In this document: piece after piece, positions 22,746 through 30,821 of the stretch
How positions within the stretch are numbered: the first letter of the stretch is position 1
Layout: each line of letters opens with the position of its first letter
Assembly (NCBI GenBank): GCA_964585325.1
Contig: CAZPCT010000005.1
Coordinates: 1 to 40,438, forward strand
Length of the DNA stretch: 40,438 nt
Origin: an uncultured Candidatus Saccharibacteria bacterium
GTDB taxonomy: Bacteria; Patescibacteriota; Minisyncoccia; JACQLN01; CAZPCT01
Direction of reading: 5' to 3'
Made by a program: the position numbers and the translations under genes
Notes under the pieces: model-generated
What the model saw: only the letters and a program-made list of their open reading frames with translations
What the model was told of the DNA's origin: nothing
Database searches by the model: none

Positions 22746-23221
22746 AAGTGTTGGGTATAGACCCGGGGACGACCCGTATAGGATATGGTGTGGTTATTAA
22801 AGATGGTGGGCAGTATCACGCGGGGGTCTATGGGTGCTTAGAGTTTGGCTCTGTTCCTGTGGGCGAGCGCTTAGCTGCGCTGGGTCAGGAGATGGCAACA
22901 CTCCTTGAGGCAGAAAAGCCCGACGTTGTTGCTCTTGAGAAAGTGTTTTTTTCTAAAAACAAAAAAACTGCTATGGAGGTAAGTGAGGCGCGGGGGGTGA
23001 TAAGGTTTATATGTGCTCAAGCGGGCGTGGTTGTTCAAGAATATGCTCCTAATGAGGTGAAACAAGCGGTGAGCACGTACGGGGCGGCGTCAAAGAAAGA
23101 GGTGCAGAAAATGGTCACGCTTCTCCTTAAACTTGATAGCATTCCTACACCCGATGATACGGCTGACGCTCTTGCAATAGCTCTTTGTGCGGGGGCGCGG
23201 GGGTGGCACCAGGGTGTGTAG
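22742..23221 (+). CDS. ruvC: Crossover junction endodeoxyribonuclease RuvC
   Basis: VLGIDPGTTRIGYGVV, LALEKVFF, EYAPNEVKQAV.. and PTPDDTADALAIALC (catalytic acidic residues). ATGA overlap with the yebC stop. Confidence 0.9.
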   Translation: MKVLGIDPGTTRIGYGVVIKDGGQYHAGVYGCLEFGSVPVGERLAALGQEMATLLEAEKPDVVALEKVFFSKNKKTAMEVSEARGVIRFICAQAGVVVQEYAPNEVKQAVSTYGAASKKEVQKMVTLLLKLDSIPTPDDTADALAIALCAGARGWHQGV

Positions 23222-23243
23222 ATAATCCACGGGAGCGCGGGGG

Positions 23244-23272
23244 TTGACCCTTAAAACCGCCCACAGTATACT
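23244..23272 (+). promoter_or_regulatory. Sigma70-like promoter TTGACC-17 nt-TATACT upstream of the acidic mini-ORF
   Basis: TTGACC at 23244-23249, a 17-nt spacer, and TATACT at 23267-23272, in the gap after ruvC. Confidence 0.5.
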
Positions 23273-23302
23273 CACAGAGAATCTTAATAAAGGTCGCCCA
23301 TA

Positions 23303-23530
23303 TTGAGCGCCGCGCTTGCGGCAGACACATATATGACACACCTTACGTACAACAATACCCTTTTGAACCAAGAGGAGGGATGGGATGAAGAAGAGGTGGA
23401 CACAACAGAAACGGATGATGAGGATGAGGACGTGGAGATAGATGGGGATGATGAGGACGAGGACAAAGAGGGTGAGGACGAAGACGACGAAGAGTGGGAC
23501 GACGCTGGTGACGATGAGGACGACCTCTAA
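23303..23530 (+). CDS. Hypothetical extremely acidic small protein (Asp/Glu-rich, 65-75 aa)
   Basis: C-terminal 50 aa are almost entirely D/E (DEEEVDTTETDDEDEDVEIDGDDEDEDKEGEDEDDEEWDDAGDDEDDL). TTG start at 23303 or ATG at 23333. The ORF has its own promoter-like element upstream and a terminator hairpin downstream. Confidence 0.45.
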   Translation: MSAALAADTYMTHLTYNNTLLNQEEGWDEEEVDTTETDDEDEDVEIDGDDEDEDKEGEDEDDEEWDDAGDDEDDL

Positions 23531-23544
23531 ACTACTGACACATT

Positions 23545-23576
23545 AAAAGAACAGCGCCGTTACGGCGCTGTTCTTT
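23545..23576. terminator. Bidirectional terminator hairpin between the acidic ORF (+) and tyrS (-)
   Basis: AAAAGAACAGCGCCG-TTA-CGGCGCTGTTCTTT with A- and T-tracts on either side. Overlaps the tyrS stop codon by 2 nt. Confidence 0.7.
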
Positions 23577-24795
23577 ATTTCTTTGTCTGTATACGGATAA
23601 AGCGATGCTTCCCCACACGAATGACGACGCCGTTTTTCAGGTTTATTTCCTGGTGAGGGTCGGTGATGGTGTTGCCATCAACCTCAACCGCGCCATCTTC
23701 TATAAGACGGCGCGCCTCAGAGTTAGAGGAGACAAGGTTGGTATCTGAAAGGATTATATAGAGCCGCTCTTGAGGATATGCCGCGGTTACTTCGGAAACG
23801 TCTGAGGGAACCCCACCTTTTGCGAATACGCGCCCAAACTCCTCCCAAGATTTTTGTGCTTCTTCTTCAGAGTGGTACATCTGCACAATTTCTTTTCCTA
23901 GACGTTCCTTAACCTCTTTTGGTTTGCTTTTTTGTTTTTTCTTCAAGGTTTCAATTTCTTGAGCAGGGAGGGTGGTGCAGTCAACAAAACACTGAATAAC
24001 GCTCTCGTCGGGGAGGGCCATAACTTTCCCAAACATAGTTTGTGGGTCTTCATTAAGTCCTACGCCCGTGCCCTCGCTCTTACTCATTAGCTTCTCTCCG
24101 GTCTTAGGGTTTTCAAGGAGTGTGGTGGTGAGAACATTTTTTTCTTTGCCCAAATATCTCTTTACAAGCGTTCTGCCCGCAAGCATGTTGAACGTCTGGT
24201 CCGTGCCGCCCACCTCAACATCTGCTTCAAGTGCAACAGAGTCGTATCCCTGCATAAGTGGGTAGAAGAACTCGTGCACATAGAGAGGTTTCTTTTCTGT
24301 AAGGCGCCGCTCAAAAACATCCCGTTCTAACATTTGTTGGACAGTGAAATGTGAGGCGAGGTCAGCAAGCTCTTCAAGAGTAAGTTTGCTCAACCACTCA
24401 GCATTAAAGCGAAACTCTATGGGGTTTTCTGTGTTGCCAAAATCAAGTATCTTGCCTATTTGCTCTTTGTACGTTTCCACATTCTTTATAACCTCGTCAC
24501 GCGAGAGTCGGACCCGGGTTGCTGTCTTATCACTCGGATCTCCTATCATGGCGGTGAAGTCGCCAATAAGAACAATAACTTTGTGGCCAAGCTCATGAAA
24601 GCGGCGCAGAACAATGTAGTTGGTTGAGTGGCCCAGGTGCACATATGTGCTGGTGGGATCAATGCCCATATATACCCGCAACTGTTCACCACGCAGCAGT
24701 TTTTTTCTCAAGTCATCACGCGTTGGGTAGACGGAATCCACAGAACGCGAGAGGAGCTCGTCTATTTTTTGTGTGTCCGTGTCAATGTGTGGCAT
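23575..24795 (-). CDS. tyrS: Tyrosine--tRNA ligase (with C-terminal S4-like domain)
   Basis: HIGH motif HLGH (TSTYVHLGHSTNY), KMSKS-type KLMSKSEG, and a C-terminal S4 motif SNSEARRLIEDGAVEVDG. I chose the ATG at 24795 (MPHIDTDT..); the longer track ORF would overlap the PBP gene start. Confidence 0.9.
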   Translation of the reverse strand: MPHIDTDTQKIDELLSRSVDSVYPTRDDLRKKLLRGEQLRVYMGIDPTSTYVHLGHSTNYIVLRRFHELGHKVIVLIGDFTAMIGDPSDKTATRVRLSRDEVIKNVETYKEQIGKILDFGNTENPIEFRFNAEWLSKLTLEELADLASHFTVQQMLERDVFERRLTEKKPLYVHEFFYPLMQGYDSVALEADVEVGGTDQTFNMLAGRTLVKRYLGKEKNVLTTTLLENPKTGEKLMSKSEGTGVGLNEDPQTMFGKVMALPDESVIQCFVDCTTLPAQEIETLKKKQKSKPKEVKERLGKEIVQMYHSEEEAQKSWEEFGRVFAKGGVPSDVSEVTAAYPQERLYIILSDTNLVSSNSEARRLIEDGAVEVDGNTITDPHQEINLKNGVVIRVGKHRFIRIQTKK

Positions 24796-24872
24796 ATAGT
24801 TTACAATACCAGATAGTGGTCCGTTTGACACCTTTTGTTTTACGTAAAAATGCGCTAGAGTAAGGACGCAAA

Positions 24873-27332
24873 ATGAGCGAACAGAAACATCCACAGAAAT
24901 TGCGCATCCTACGGCTTTTGGCCGTAGGTATTATTGTACTAGTGGCCCTGGGTTTGGCTACGTTCTTGGTGTTTGCTGTTACTCTGCCGGAGCCTGCGGA
25001 CATTGAAGCACGGTTTGTGCTTGAGTCAACAAAAATCTATGACCGCACGGGCGAGGTGGTGCTCTACGACATTTACGAGGAAGAGCGACGCACAGTCATT
25101 GCGTTTGAAGAAATACCTACACACGTCAAACAGGCGACCATCGCCATTGAAGACCAAAACTTTTACGAACATGTTGGTATTGACCTCAAGGCCATTGTCC
25201 GTGCGTTTTTGAGCAACCTGCGCTCTGAACGGACACAGGGAGGCTCCACTATCACACAGCAATTCATAAAGAACTCTATCCTCTCTCCCGAACGCACCCT
25301 TATCAGGAAGGTTAAGGAGGCCATTCTGGCGCTTGAGCTTGAGCGTAGGTATGAAAAAGACGAAATCCTTGGGTTTTATCTCAACCAGATCGCGTACGGG
25401 TCCAACGCATATGGCGTGGAGTCTGCATCCCAGACCTTTTTTGAGAAGCCAGCGCGAGAACTTACATTACCTGAGGCGGCGCTCTTGGCCGCTCTTCCTA
25501 AGGCACCCACATACTACTCGCCGTACGGTTCCCACGTAGACGAGCTTGTGGGACGCAAGAACTTAGTGCTTGACCGCATGTCAGAGCTAGGTTTCATCAC
25601 CCCCGAACAGGCAGTGGAAGCTAAGGAAGTGGAGCTGGAGTTTTCTCAGGCGCGCACAGGCATCAAAGCCCCACACTTTGTTTTTTATATTCAGGAGCTC
25701 CTTGAAGAGAAGTATGGTCCCGACTTTCTTGCGCAACAGGGCCTTAAGATTATCACAACCGTAGATTGGGACCTTCAAGAAAAAGCTGAGACGATTGTAC
25801 GAGAGCAAGCGGCGATAAACCAACCAAGAGGAGCGTTTAACGCTGCCCTTGTCGCGGTTGACCCCAAGACGGGCCAGATCCTCTCCATGGTGGGCTCCAG
25901 AGACTTTTTTGAGGAGTCGCTCCCGGCTGGCTGCACGCCAGGCGTTAACTGCAGGTTTGAGCCACACGTGAACGTAGCTGTGCGAGAGAGGCAGCCGGGG
26001 TCCGCATTCAAGCCGTTCGTGTACGCGACAGCCTTTGAGAAAGGATACACGGACAACACCATTCTATTTGACCTGTTTACCGAATTTAATGCTTCGTGCA
26101 GTCCTGGGGGAACGCCGAGCCGGTCTGGTGTACAGTGTTATCATCCACGGAACTTTGACGGGACGTTCAGGGGGCCCATCAACATACGGACCGCGCTCGC
26201 GAATTCTATAAACGTACCTGCGGTCAAAGCACTTTATTTGGCCGGTATAGATAACGTTATTCGCACAGCACAGGATGTTGGCATCTCAACCTTTCGCGAC
26301 AGAGACCGCTATGGTTTGTCACTTGTTTTGGGGGGCGCAGAGGTGCAGCTTGTGGAGCTTACGGGTGCGTACGGCGTTCTTGCCAATGACGGCACAAGAA
26401 ATCCCGTGGTGGGGATATTACGTATTGAGGACAAGGAGGGTAATGTTCTGGAAGAATTCAAAGAGCAACCCGTGCGCGTGATGGACTCCCAGGTGACACG
26501 CATGGTCACAGACATCCTTAGCGACAATCAAGCCCGCTCTCTTGTTTTTGGAATAAATAACAGACTGAACTTTGCCAATAGACAAGTGGCGGCGAAAACA
26601 GGAACAACAAACGACTTTAGGGACGGGTGGACGTTTGGCTATACACCCAATATTGCCGTGGGTGTGTGGGCAGGAAACAACGACAATAGGCCGGTGACGG
26701 GTGCAGAGCCGGGCATCTCTCTTGCCGGCCCCATCTGGAGATCTTTTTTGGAAGAGGCTTTTGAACAAGAGGACAAAGACGGGAATAAGAAATTTCCCGC
26801 AGAGGGGTTTTCCTCACCAGATCCTCGGCCGCGTAATAAAGCGATACTGAACGGGGAGTACGTGGTGGATGGAGAGGTGCACACTATTTTACACTATGTA
26901 GCCAAAGACGATCCTCTTGGGCCCGTACCCTCAAACAAAGACCCTCTTTACACAAACTGGGAGGCGCCCGTAAGAGGATGGTTTGGTGGGGCGGTGGAAG
27001 GCGAGGGGCAGGGTGGACCAGTGGTCATTACCTCACCGTCGTCAGGCGCTATTTTAGGCGGGGGTCCGTTCGTTGTGCGTGCACAAAATAACGCTCCTAA
27101 CGAAGTGGAGCGCGTTGAGTTTTATCTTAATAGCAACCTCATTCAAACCTTTTCGGGAGGAAGTGAGGTATATGAGCTTCAATTTCCACCTCTTCCGGAG
27201 CCCGGATCCTATCAAATAACCGCCCGGTCTTATTTTACGGACACGGAGCGGGGGGCTACCGACTCTTCGGTTACCGTGCAGGTGGTTGGCGCAGAAGGGA
27301 TCCTCCCCCAGACCCTAGGTGTTCGTAGGTGA
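24873..27332 (+). CDS. Class A penicillin-binding protein (GT51 transglycosylase + transpeptidase, PBP1A family) with a C-terminal Ig-like extension
   Basis: N-terminal anchor. GT51 motifs: [28 protein letters not shown]. Transpeptidase motifs: SAFKPF (SxxK), SIN (SxN), KTGTT. Confidence 0.92.
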   Translation: MSEQKHPQKLRILRLLAVGIIVLVALGLATFLVFAVTLPEPADIEARFVLESTKIYDRTGEVVLYDIYEEERRTVIAFEEIPTHVKQATIAIEDQNFYEHVGIDLKAIVRAFLSNLRSERTQGGSTITQQFIKNSILSPERTLIRKVKEAILALELERRYEKDEILGFYLNQIAYGSNAYGVESASQTFFEKPARELTLPEAALLAALPKAPTYYSPYGSHVDELVGRKNLVLDRMSELGFITPEQAVEAKEVELEFSQARTGIKAPHFVFYIQELLEEKYGPDFLAQQGLKIITTVDWDLQEKAETIVREQAAINQPRGAFNAALVAVDPKTGQILSMVGSRDFFEESLPAGCTPGVNCRFEPHVNVAVRERQPGSAFKPFVYATAFEKGYTDNTILFDLFTEFNASCSPGGTPSRSGVQCYHPRNFDGTFRGPINIRTALANSINVPAVKALYLAGIDNVIRTAQDVGISTFRDRDRYGLSLVLGGAEVQLVELTGAYGVLANDGTRNPVVGILRIEDKEGNVLEEFKEQPVRVMDSQVTRMVTDILSDNQARSLVFGINNRLNFANRQVAAKTGTTNDFRDGWTFGYTPNIAVGVWAGNNDNRPVTGAEPGISLAGPIWRSFLEEAFEQEDKDGNKKFPAEGFSSPDPRPRNKAILNGEYVVDGEVHTILHYVAKDDPLGPVPSNKDPLYTNWEAPVRGWFGGAVEGEGQGGPVVITSPSSGAILGGGPFVVRAQNNAPNEVERVEFYLNSNLIQTFSGGSEVYELQFPPLPEPGSYQITARSYFTDTERGATDSSVTVQVVGAEGILPQTLGVRR

Positions 27333-28299
27333 GTGGAGTAGCGGCCCGTCCTTTTGGTGTGCGGGTGATAAACCCTGCTTGCAGCAGATATGGTTCGTAC
27401 ACATCGGCAATAGTGTCTTGCTCCTCCCCTATTGAGGCGGCCAGGGCGTGAAGTCCCACAGGCCCCCCATTAAAAGTGGTGACAATGGCTGTTAATATTT
27501 TGCGGTCCATCTGTTCAAGGCCATGTGCGTCAACCTCCAACATCTCAAGCGCTGCGCGCGCCGAGTCAAGGGTAATGCGCCCATCTCCCTTTACCTGGCT
27601 ATAATCCCGCACCCGCTTTAATAGGCGGTTTGCCACACGGGGGGTGCGGCGCGCTCGTTCAGCAATAGCGGCCAGGGCGCTTGCGTCTGCCTCTACGTTG
27701 AGGATGCGTGCGGAACGAACAAGTATGGTGCCAACTTCCCCTGTGCTATAAAAATCAAGATGATAATTTGCCCCAAACCGTGATCTGAAAGGGGCAGAGA
27801 GGAGCCCCGATCGGGTGGTGGCCCCCACGAGCGTAAAGTGTGGGAGCTGTAGTTGTACAGTGCGTGCGGACGGACCTTTTCCCACCACAATATCAAACGT
27901 AAAGTCTTCCATGGCGGGATACAAAACTTCCTCCACCGCGCGGTTGAGACGATGTATTTCATCAATAAAAAGAACACTTCGCTCTTCAAGATTCGTCAAT
28001 ATTGCTGCAAGGTCTCCCACACGCTCTATTGCTGGGCCCGAGGTGACGCGGATAGGAGCGCTCGTTTCTTGAGCAATAATGTGTGCCAGTGTCGTTTTTC
28101 CCAGCCCCGCGGGTCCTGAGAGAAGGACATGATCAAGCGCCTCGCCCCGCTTTTGGGCGGCCTGTAGGAAAATGCGCAATAGGTCCTTTATGCGGTCTTG
28201 TCCCACATATTCTTTCAGGGTGTGGGGCCGTAATGTCGCATCAAGGCGCTCATCTTCACTGGTGTGCTGAGGTGTTGTCTCTGTGCCTTTCTTGATCAT
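27271..28299 (-). CDS. ruvB: Holliday junction branch migration ATPase RuvB
   Basis: [12 protein letters not shown], Walker [12 protein letters not shown], Walker [28 protein letters not shown] chose the ATG at 28299. Its 3' end overlaps the convergent PBP gene by 62 nt. Confidence 0.92.
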   Translation of the reverse strand: MIKKGTETTPQHTSEDERLDATLRPHTLKEYVGQDRIKDLLRIFLQAAQKRGEALDHVLLSGPAGLGKTTLAHIIAQETSAPIRVTSGPAIERVGDLAAILTNLEERSVLFIDEIHRLNRAVEEVLYPAMEDFTFDIVVGKGPSARTVQLQLPHFTLVGATTRSGLLSAPFRSRFGANYHLDFYSTGEVGTILVRSARILNVEADASALAAIAERARRTPRVANRLLKRVRDYSQVKGDGRITLDSARAALEMLEVDAHGLEQMDRKILTAIVTTFNGGPVGLHALAASIGEEQDTIADVYEPYLLQAGFITRTPKGRAATPLTYEHLGSGGGSLLRQPPAR

Positions 28300-28331
28300 T
28301 GTTTCTATTCTAGCACATTTAGGTGTAGGGG

Positions 28332-28360
28332 TTGACAGCTTAGTAGGCATCAGTTACAAT
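28332..28360 (+). promoter_or_regulatory. Near-consensus sigma70 promoter TTGACA-17 nt-TACAAT pointing into the ruvB-pilB gap
   Basis: TTGACA at 28332-28337, a 17-nt spacer, and TACAAT at 28355-28360. It lies inside the spurious 5' extension of the ruvB track ORF. Confidence 0.6.
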
Positions 28361-28366
28361 GGGACT

Positions 28367-28612
28367 ATTGGAGGAGATTCTATATCTCTCCATTTTTGTA
28401 CTCTTTGCTTGTGGGTCTGTGCTAAATGAGGATTGTCCTCAGAACTAGGACGGAATGGATGATGCGTCTAACGCATTGTCTGCACCGCTCCTCGGGACCT
28501 TTCTCACTCCGTGATTCCCAATGTTTCGGTGGCTGTTCCCAAGAGCAGCTTTAGCACAGGCCCATCGGCAAAGACACAGAAAAAGACGCCTTAAGGCGTC
28601 TTTTTCTGTTGG
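28367..28612 (+). ncRNA. Candidate structured small RNA (~245 nt) of unknown class
   Basis: Bounded by the promoter above and the hairpin terminator at 28577-28608. A 24-position closing helix pairs 28403-28426 with 28550-28573 (1 mismatch, 3 G-U). Internal hairpins at 28428-28440, 28457-28481 and 28532-28549. There is no ORF of 60 aa or more, only a 42-codon ATG ORF without an SD sequence. Confidence 0.5.
28577..28608. terminator. Perfect 14-bp hairpin terminator (bidirectional: end of pilB on the minus strand, end of the candidate sRNA on the plus strand)
   Basis: CAGAAAAAGACGCC-TTAA-GGCGTCTTTTTCTG. It begins 22 nt beyond the pilB stop (28630). Confidence 0.75.
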
Positions 28613-28629
28613 ACGCACCTCCGTGTACG

Positions 28630-30291
28630 CTAGGTTCCTGGTGTGGTCACACGGTGCACCTCGTCTAGGGTAGTGGAGCCTTGCACCACTTTACGGAGCC
28701 CGTTGATATACATACTTTGGAATCCGCGCTCATCTGCGTATGTCTGAACCTCGTGGTGGGTGGGCGAACGAGAAAGAAGTTCTTCAAACGCCGCATCTGC
28801 TACAAGAAGCTCAAACACTCCTGCCCGGCCCTGGTATCCGGTCTCTGAGCAGACTATGCACCCTTTTGCGGCAAAGATCGGCGGGCGTTTTTCAAGCGAA
28901 GGGAGGAGCTGCGGATGTTTTTGAAACGCGCCCTCTATTTCGGTAAACACTTTTTGATACTCACCTTCTTCTAGTGGTTTTTTACATGCGTCGCATAGAC
29001 GACGCACAAGTCGCTGGGCGATTACTGCCCGCAACGCCGAGGCGAGGATGGGTGGTTTTGCGTTAAGATCTAAAAACCGGGGTACGGCGCCGGCCGCATC
29101 ATTGGTGTGGAGCGTAGAGAGCACGAGGTGGCCCGTCAGCGCGGCATGCAGGGCTGTCTCTGCCGTCTCACCATCCCGTATCTCCCCAACTAAAATAATG
29201 TCTGGGTCGTGACGAAGAGTGGCCCTAATACCCTCGGCAAAGCCGTATCCCTTTTTGTCCTCAATTTGCGTTTGGGATATACCATCAAGATGATACTCTA
29301 TAGGGTTTTCCAGCGTCACTATCTTCACTTCAGGCTTTTTTAAATACGCAAGAAAGGCGTAGAGCGTGGTGGTCTTACCCGATCCGGTGGGTCCCGTGGT
29401 CAGAACAATACCATTAGGAAGCTCTAGTTGAGGGCGCAAGGCGTCCCACAAATCTTGTTCTAATCCCAGCTCACTTACACTAAGAGCAACAGCGTCTGGA
29501 TTCAGAAGACGCAGTACCAGATACTCACCCTCAGGGCTGGGAAGAATGGAGACGCGAACTTCTGCCTCTCGTGTGTTGCGGGCTACCGTGAAGCGGCCAT
29601 CATGGGCGGTTGAGGTTATGTTGAGAGGGATGTGCGCAACAACTTTGATGCGGGAGAGAAGGCGCCGGTAGACATCGGGAGTGATGGTGGCCACATCCTG
29701 GAGTATGCCGTCCAGACGCAGACGCAGACGCGCGCCGCTGTCTGTTGGCTCAATATGAAGGTCTGAAGCCCCCAGCTCAAGCCCAGAAGCAAGCAGCAGT
29801 TCAAAGAGGGCGCTGGTGCTTTCCTCGGCTGCCTTTGGGGCGGCCTCTTTTAAGGAAACGAGTGTTGATGTGGAAGGGGTTGTGGTGCCTATGTGTACCG
29901 TATCGCCAATGTCGTCTCGCGTGCGGGGAATCTGTTTGTACTCTTCTAGGGCGCGGGAAAAGGATGGGGGAGAGATGAGCACAGGTGTGGCAACGAACCC
30001 CTGTTCGCTTAAACGACGCATAACCTGGAGAGTCTCTGTGTTGTCTGGGTCTACCACCCCCACTCGTAGGTTGTTTTGTTGTTTTTCAAGTGCAACAATG
30101 CGCCCCCGCTCCGCGTCGTCTTGCGGGATGAGCGCAATGACGTCACGCTTGAGCTGCCGAGGGTCGCCACTAATGTTGGTGTACGGCATGCCTCTTTGCT
30201 TCGCTTCTCGCTCAAGAGAAGACTCCGCCCCAGAACGGTGAAGCTCCCTTAGTTTTTGTTCGCGCTCCTGCGCCAACGAACGTTCGTCCAT
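28630..30291 (-). CDS. pilB: GspE/PilB-family secretion ATPase (type IV pilus assembly ATPase-like)
   Basis: N-terminal T2SSE_N-like region. Walker A GPTGSGKTTT, Asp box, Walker B IILVGEIRD, His box LSTLHTN, and a tetracysteine motif CDACKKP....CIVCSETGYQGR. Confidence 0.88.
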   Translation of the reverse strand: MDERSLAQEREQKLRELHRSGAESSLEREAKQRGMPYTNISGDPRQLKRDVIALIPQDDAERGRIVALEKQQNNLRVGVVDPDNTETLQVMRRLSEQGFVATPVLISPPSFSRALEEYKQIPRTRDDIGDTVHIGTTTPSTSTLVSLKEAAPKAAEESTSALFELLLASGLELGASDLHIEPTDSGARLRLRLDGILQDVATITPDVYRRLLSRIKVVAHIPLNITSTAHDGRFTVARNTREAEVRVSILPSPEGEYLVLRLLNPDAVALSVSELGLEQDLWDALRPQLELPNGIVLTTGPTGSGKTTTLYAFLAYLKKPEVKIVTLENPIEYHLDGISQTQIEDKKGYGFAEGIRATLRHDPDIILVGEIRDGETAETALHAALTGHLVLSTLHTNDAAGAVPRFLDLNAKPPILASALRAVIAQRLVRRLCDACKKPLEEGEYQKVFTEIEGAFQKHPQLLPSLEKRPPIFAAKGCIVCSETGYQGRAGVFELLVADAAFEELLSRSPTHHEVQTYADERGFQSMYINGLRKVVQGSTTLDEVHRVTTPGT

Positions 30292-30365
30292 GGTTTCATT
30301 GTAGCGTGAGAGAGGTAAAAATACGAACCTTTCCTTCGGGGGGTGCGTCTGTTAGGATACAGCAC

Positions 30366-30821
30366 ATGACTCACACTGTGCGGGGCCCGCACGATCTTGA
30401 TGAGGTTGTGCGGCTGGAAATGAAGAAGCGTCTTGAACGTGCCGCAGGCCAGCCGCTGGTGTGTGCCTTGATTGGTGAGTTGGGTGCTGGAAAATCAACT
30501 TTTACGCGGCGGTTTGCTACTTTTTTAGGCATAGGCGAGGCTGTTATAAGCCCCACTTTTCTATTGATAAAATCCTACCCAATCCCCGTGCCCGTGTGCG
30601 GCAAGAGCGCTCTTGTGCACGTTGATGCATATCGCGTGGCGTCTTCGGAAGAGTTTGCGGCACTCCAGTTGCCTCAACTAATGAGCGCTCCGGACACCAT
30701 CACCGTGGTTGAGTGGGCAGACCGCATACGAGACATCATTCCTCAAGGCGCCCTTTGGATGTCATTTGGTATTGTTGACGAGCATACCCGAACTATTGAG
30801 ATCAATGACAACAACTCCTAA
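30366..30821 (+). CDS. tsaE: tRNA t6A37 threonylcarbamoyladenosine biosynthesis ATPase TsaE
   Basis: LIGELGAGKSTFTRRF, ISPTFLLIKSY, HVDAYRV, VVEWAD. I chose the ATG at 30366. Confidence 0.85.
   Translation: MTHTVRGPHDLDEVVRLEMKKRLERAAGQPLVCALIGELGAGKSTFTRRFATFLGIGEAVISPTFLLIKSYPIPVPVCGKSALVHVDAYRVASSEEFAALQLPQLMSAPDTITVVEWADRIRDIIPQGALWMSFGIVDEHTRTIEINDNNS

Noticed and set aside
23284-23466. A minus-strand poly-Ser ORF (60 aa)
   Set aside because: It is the mirror image of the (GAN)n acidic ORF. The promoter (23244-23272) and gene orientation favour the plus strand. Neither frame is proven.
28403-28573. Assigning the structured RNA to SRP RNA, RNase P RNA, tmRNA or a riboswitch
   Set aside because: I did not find the conserved SRP GGAAGCAG loop, the RNase P GAGGAAAGUCCGGGC motif or a tRNA-like CCA end on either strand. 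The ~245-nt size is too small for RNase P RNA or tmRNA. The plus-strand unit has no downstream gene to regulate, because it runs antisense into the pilB end. The class is therefore left open.
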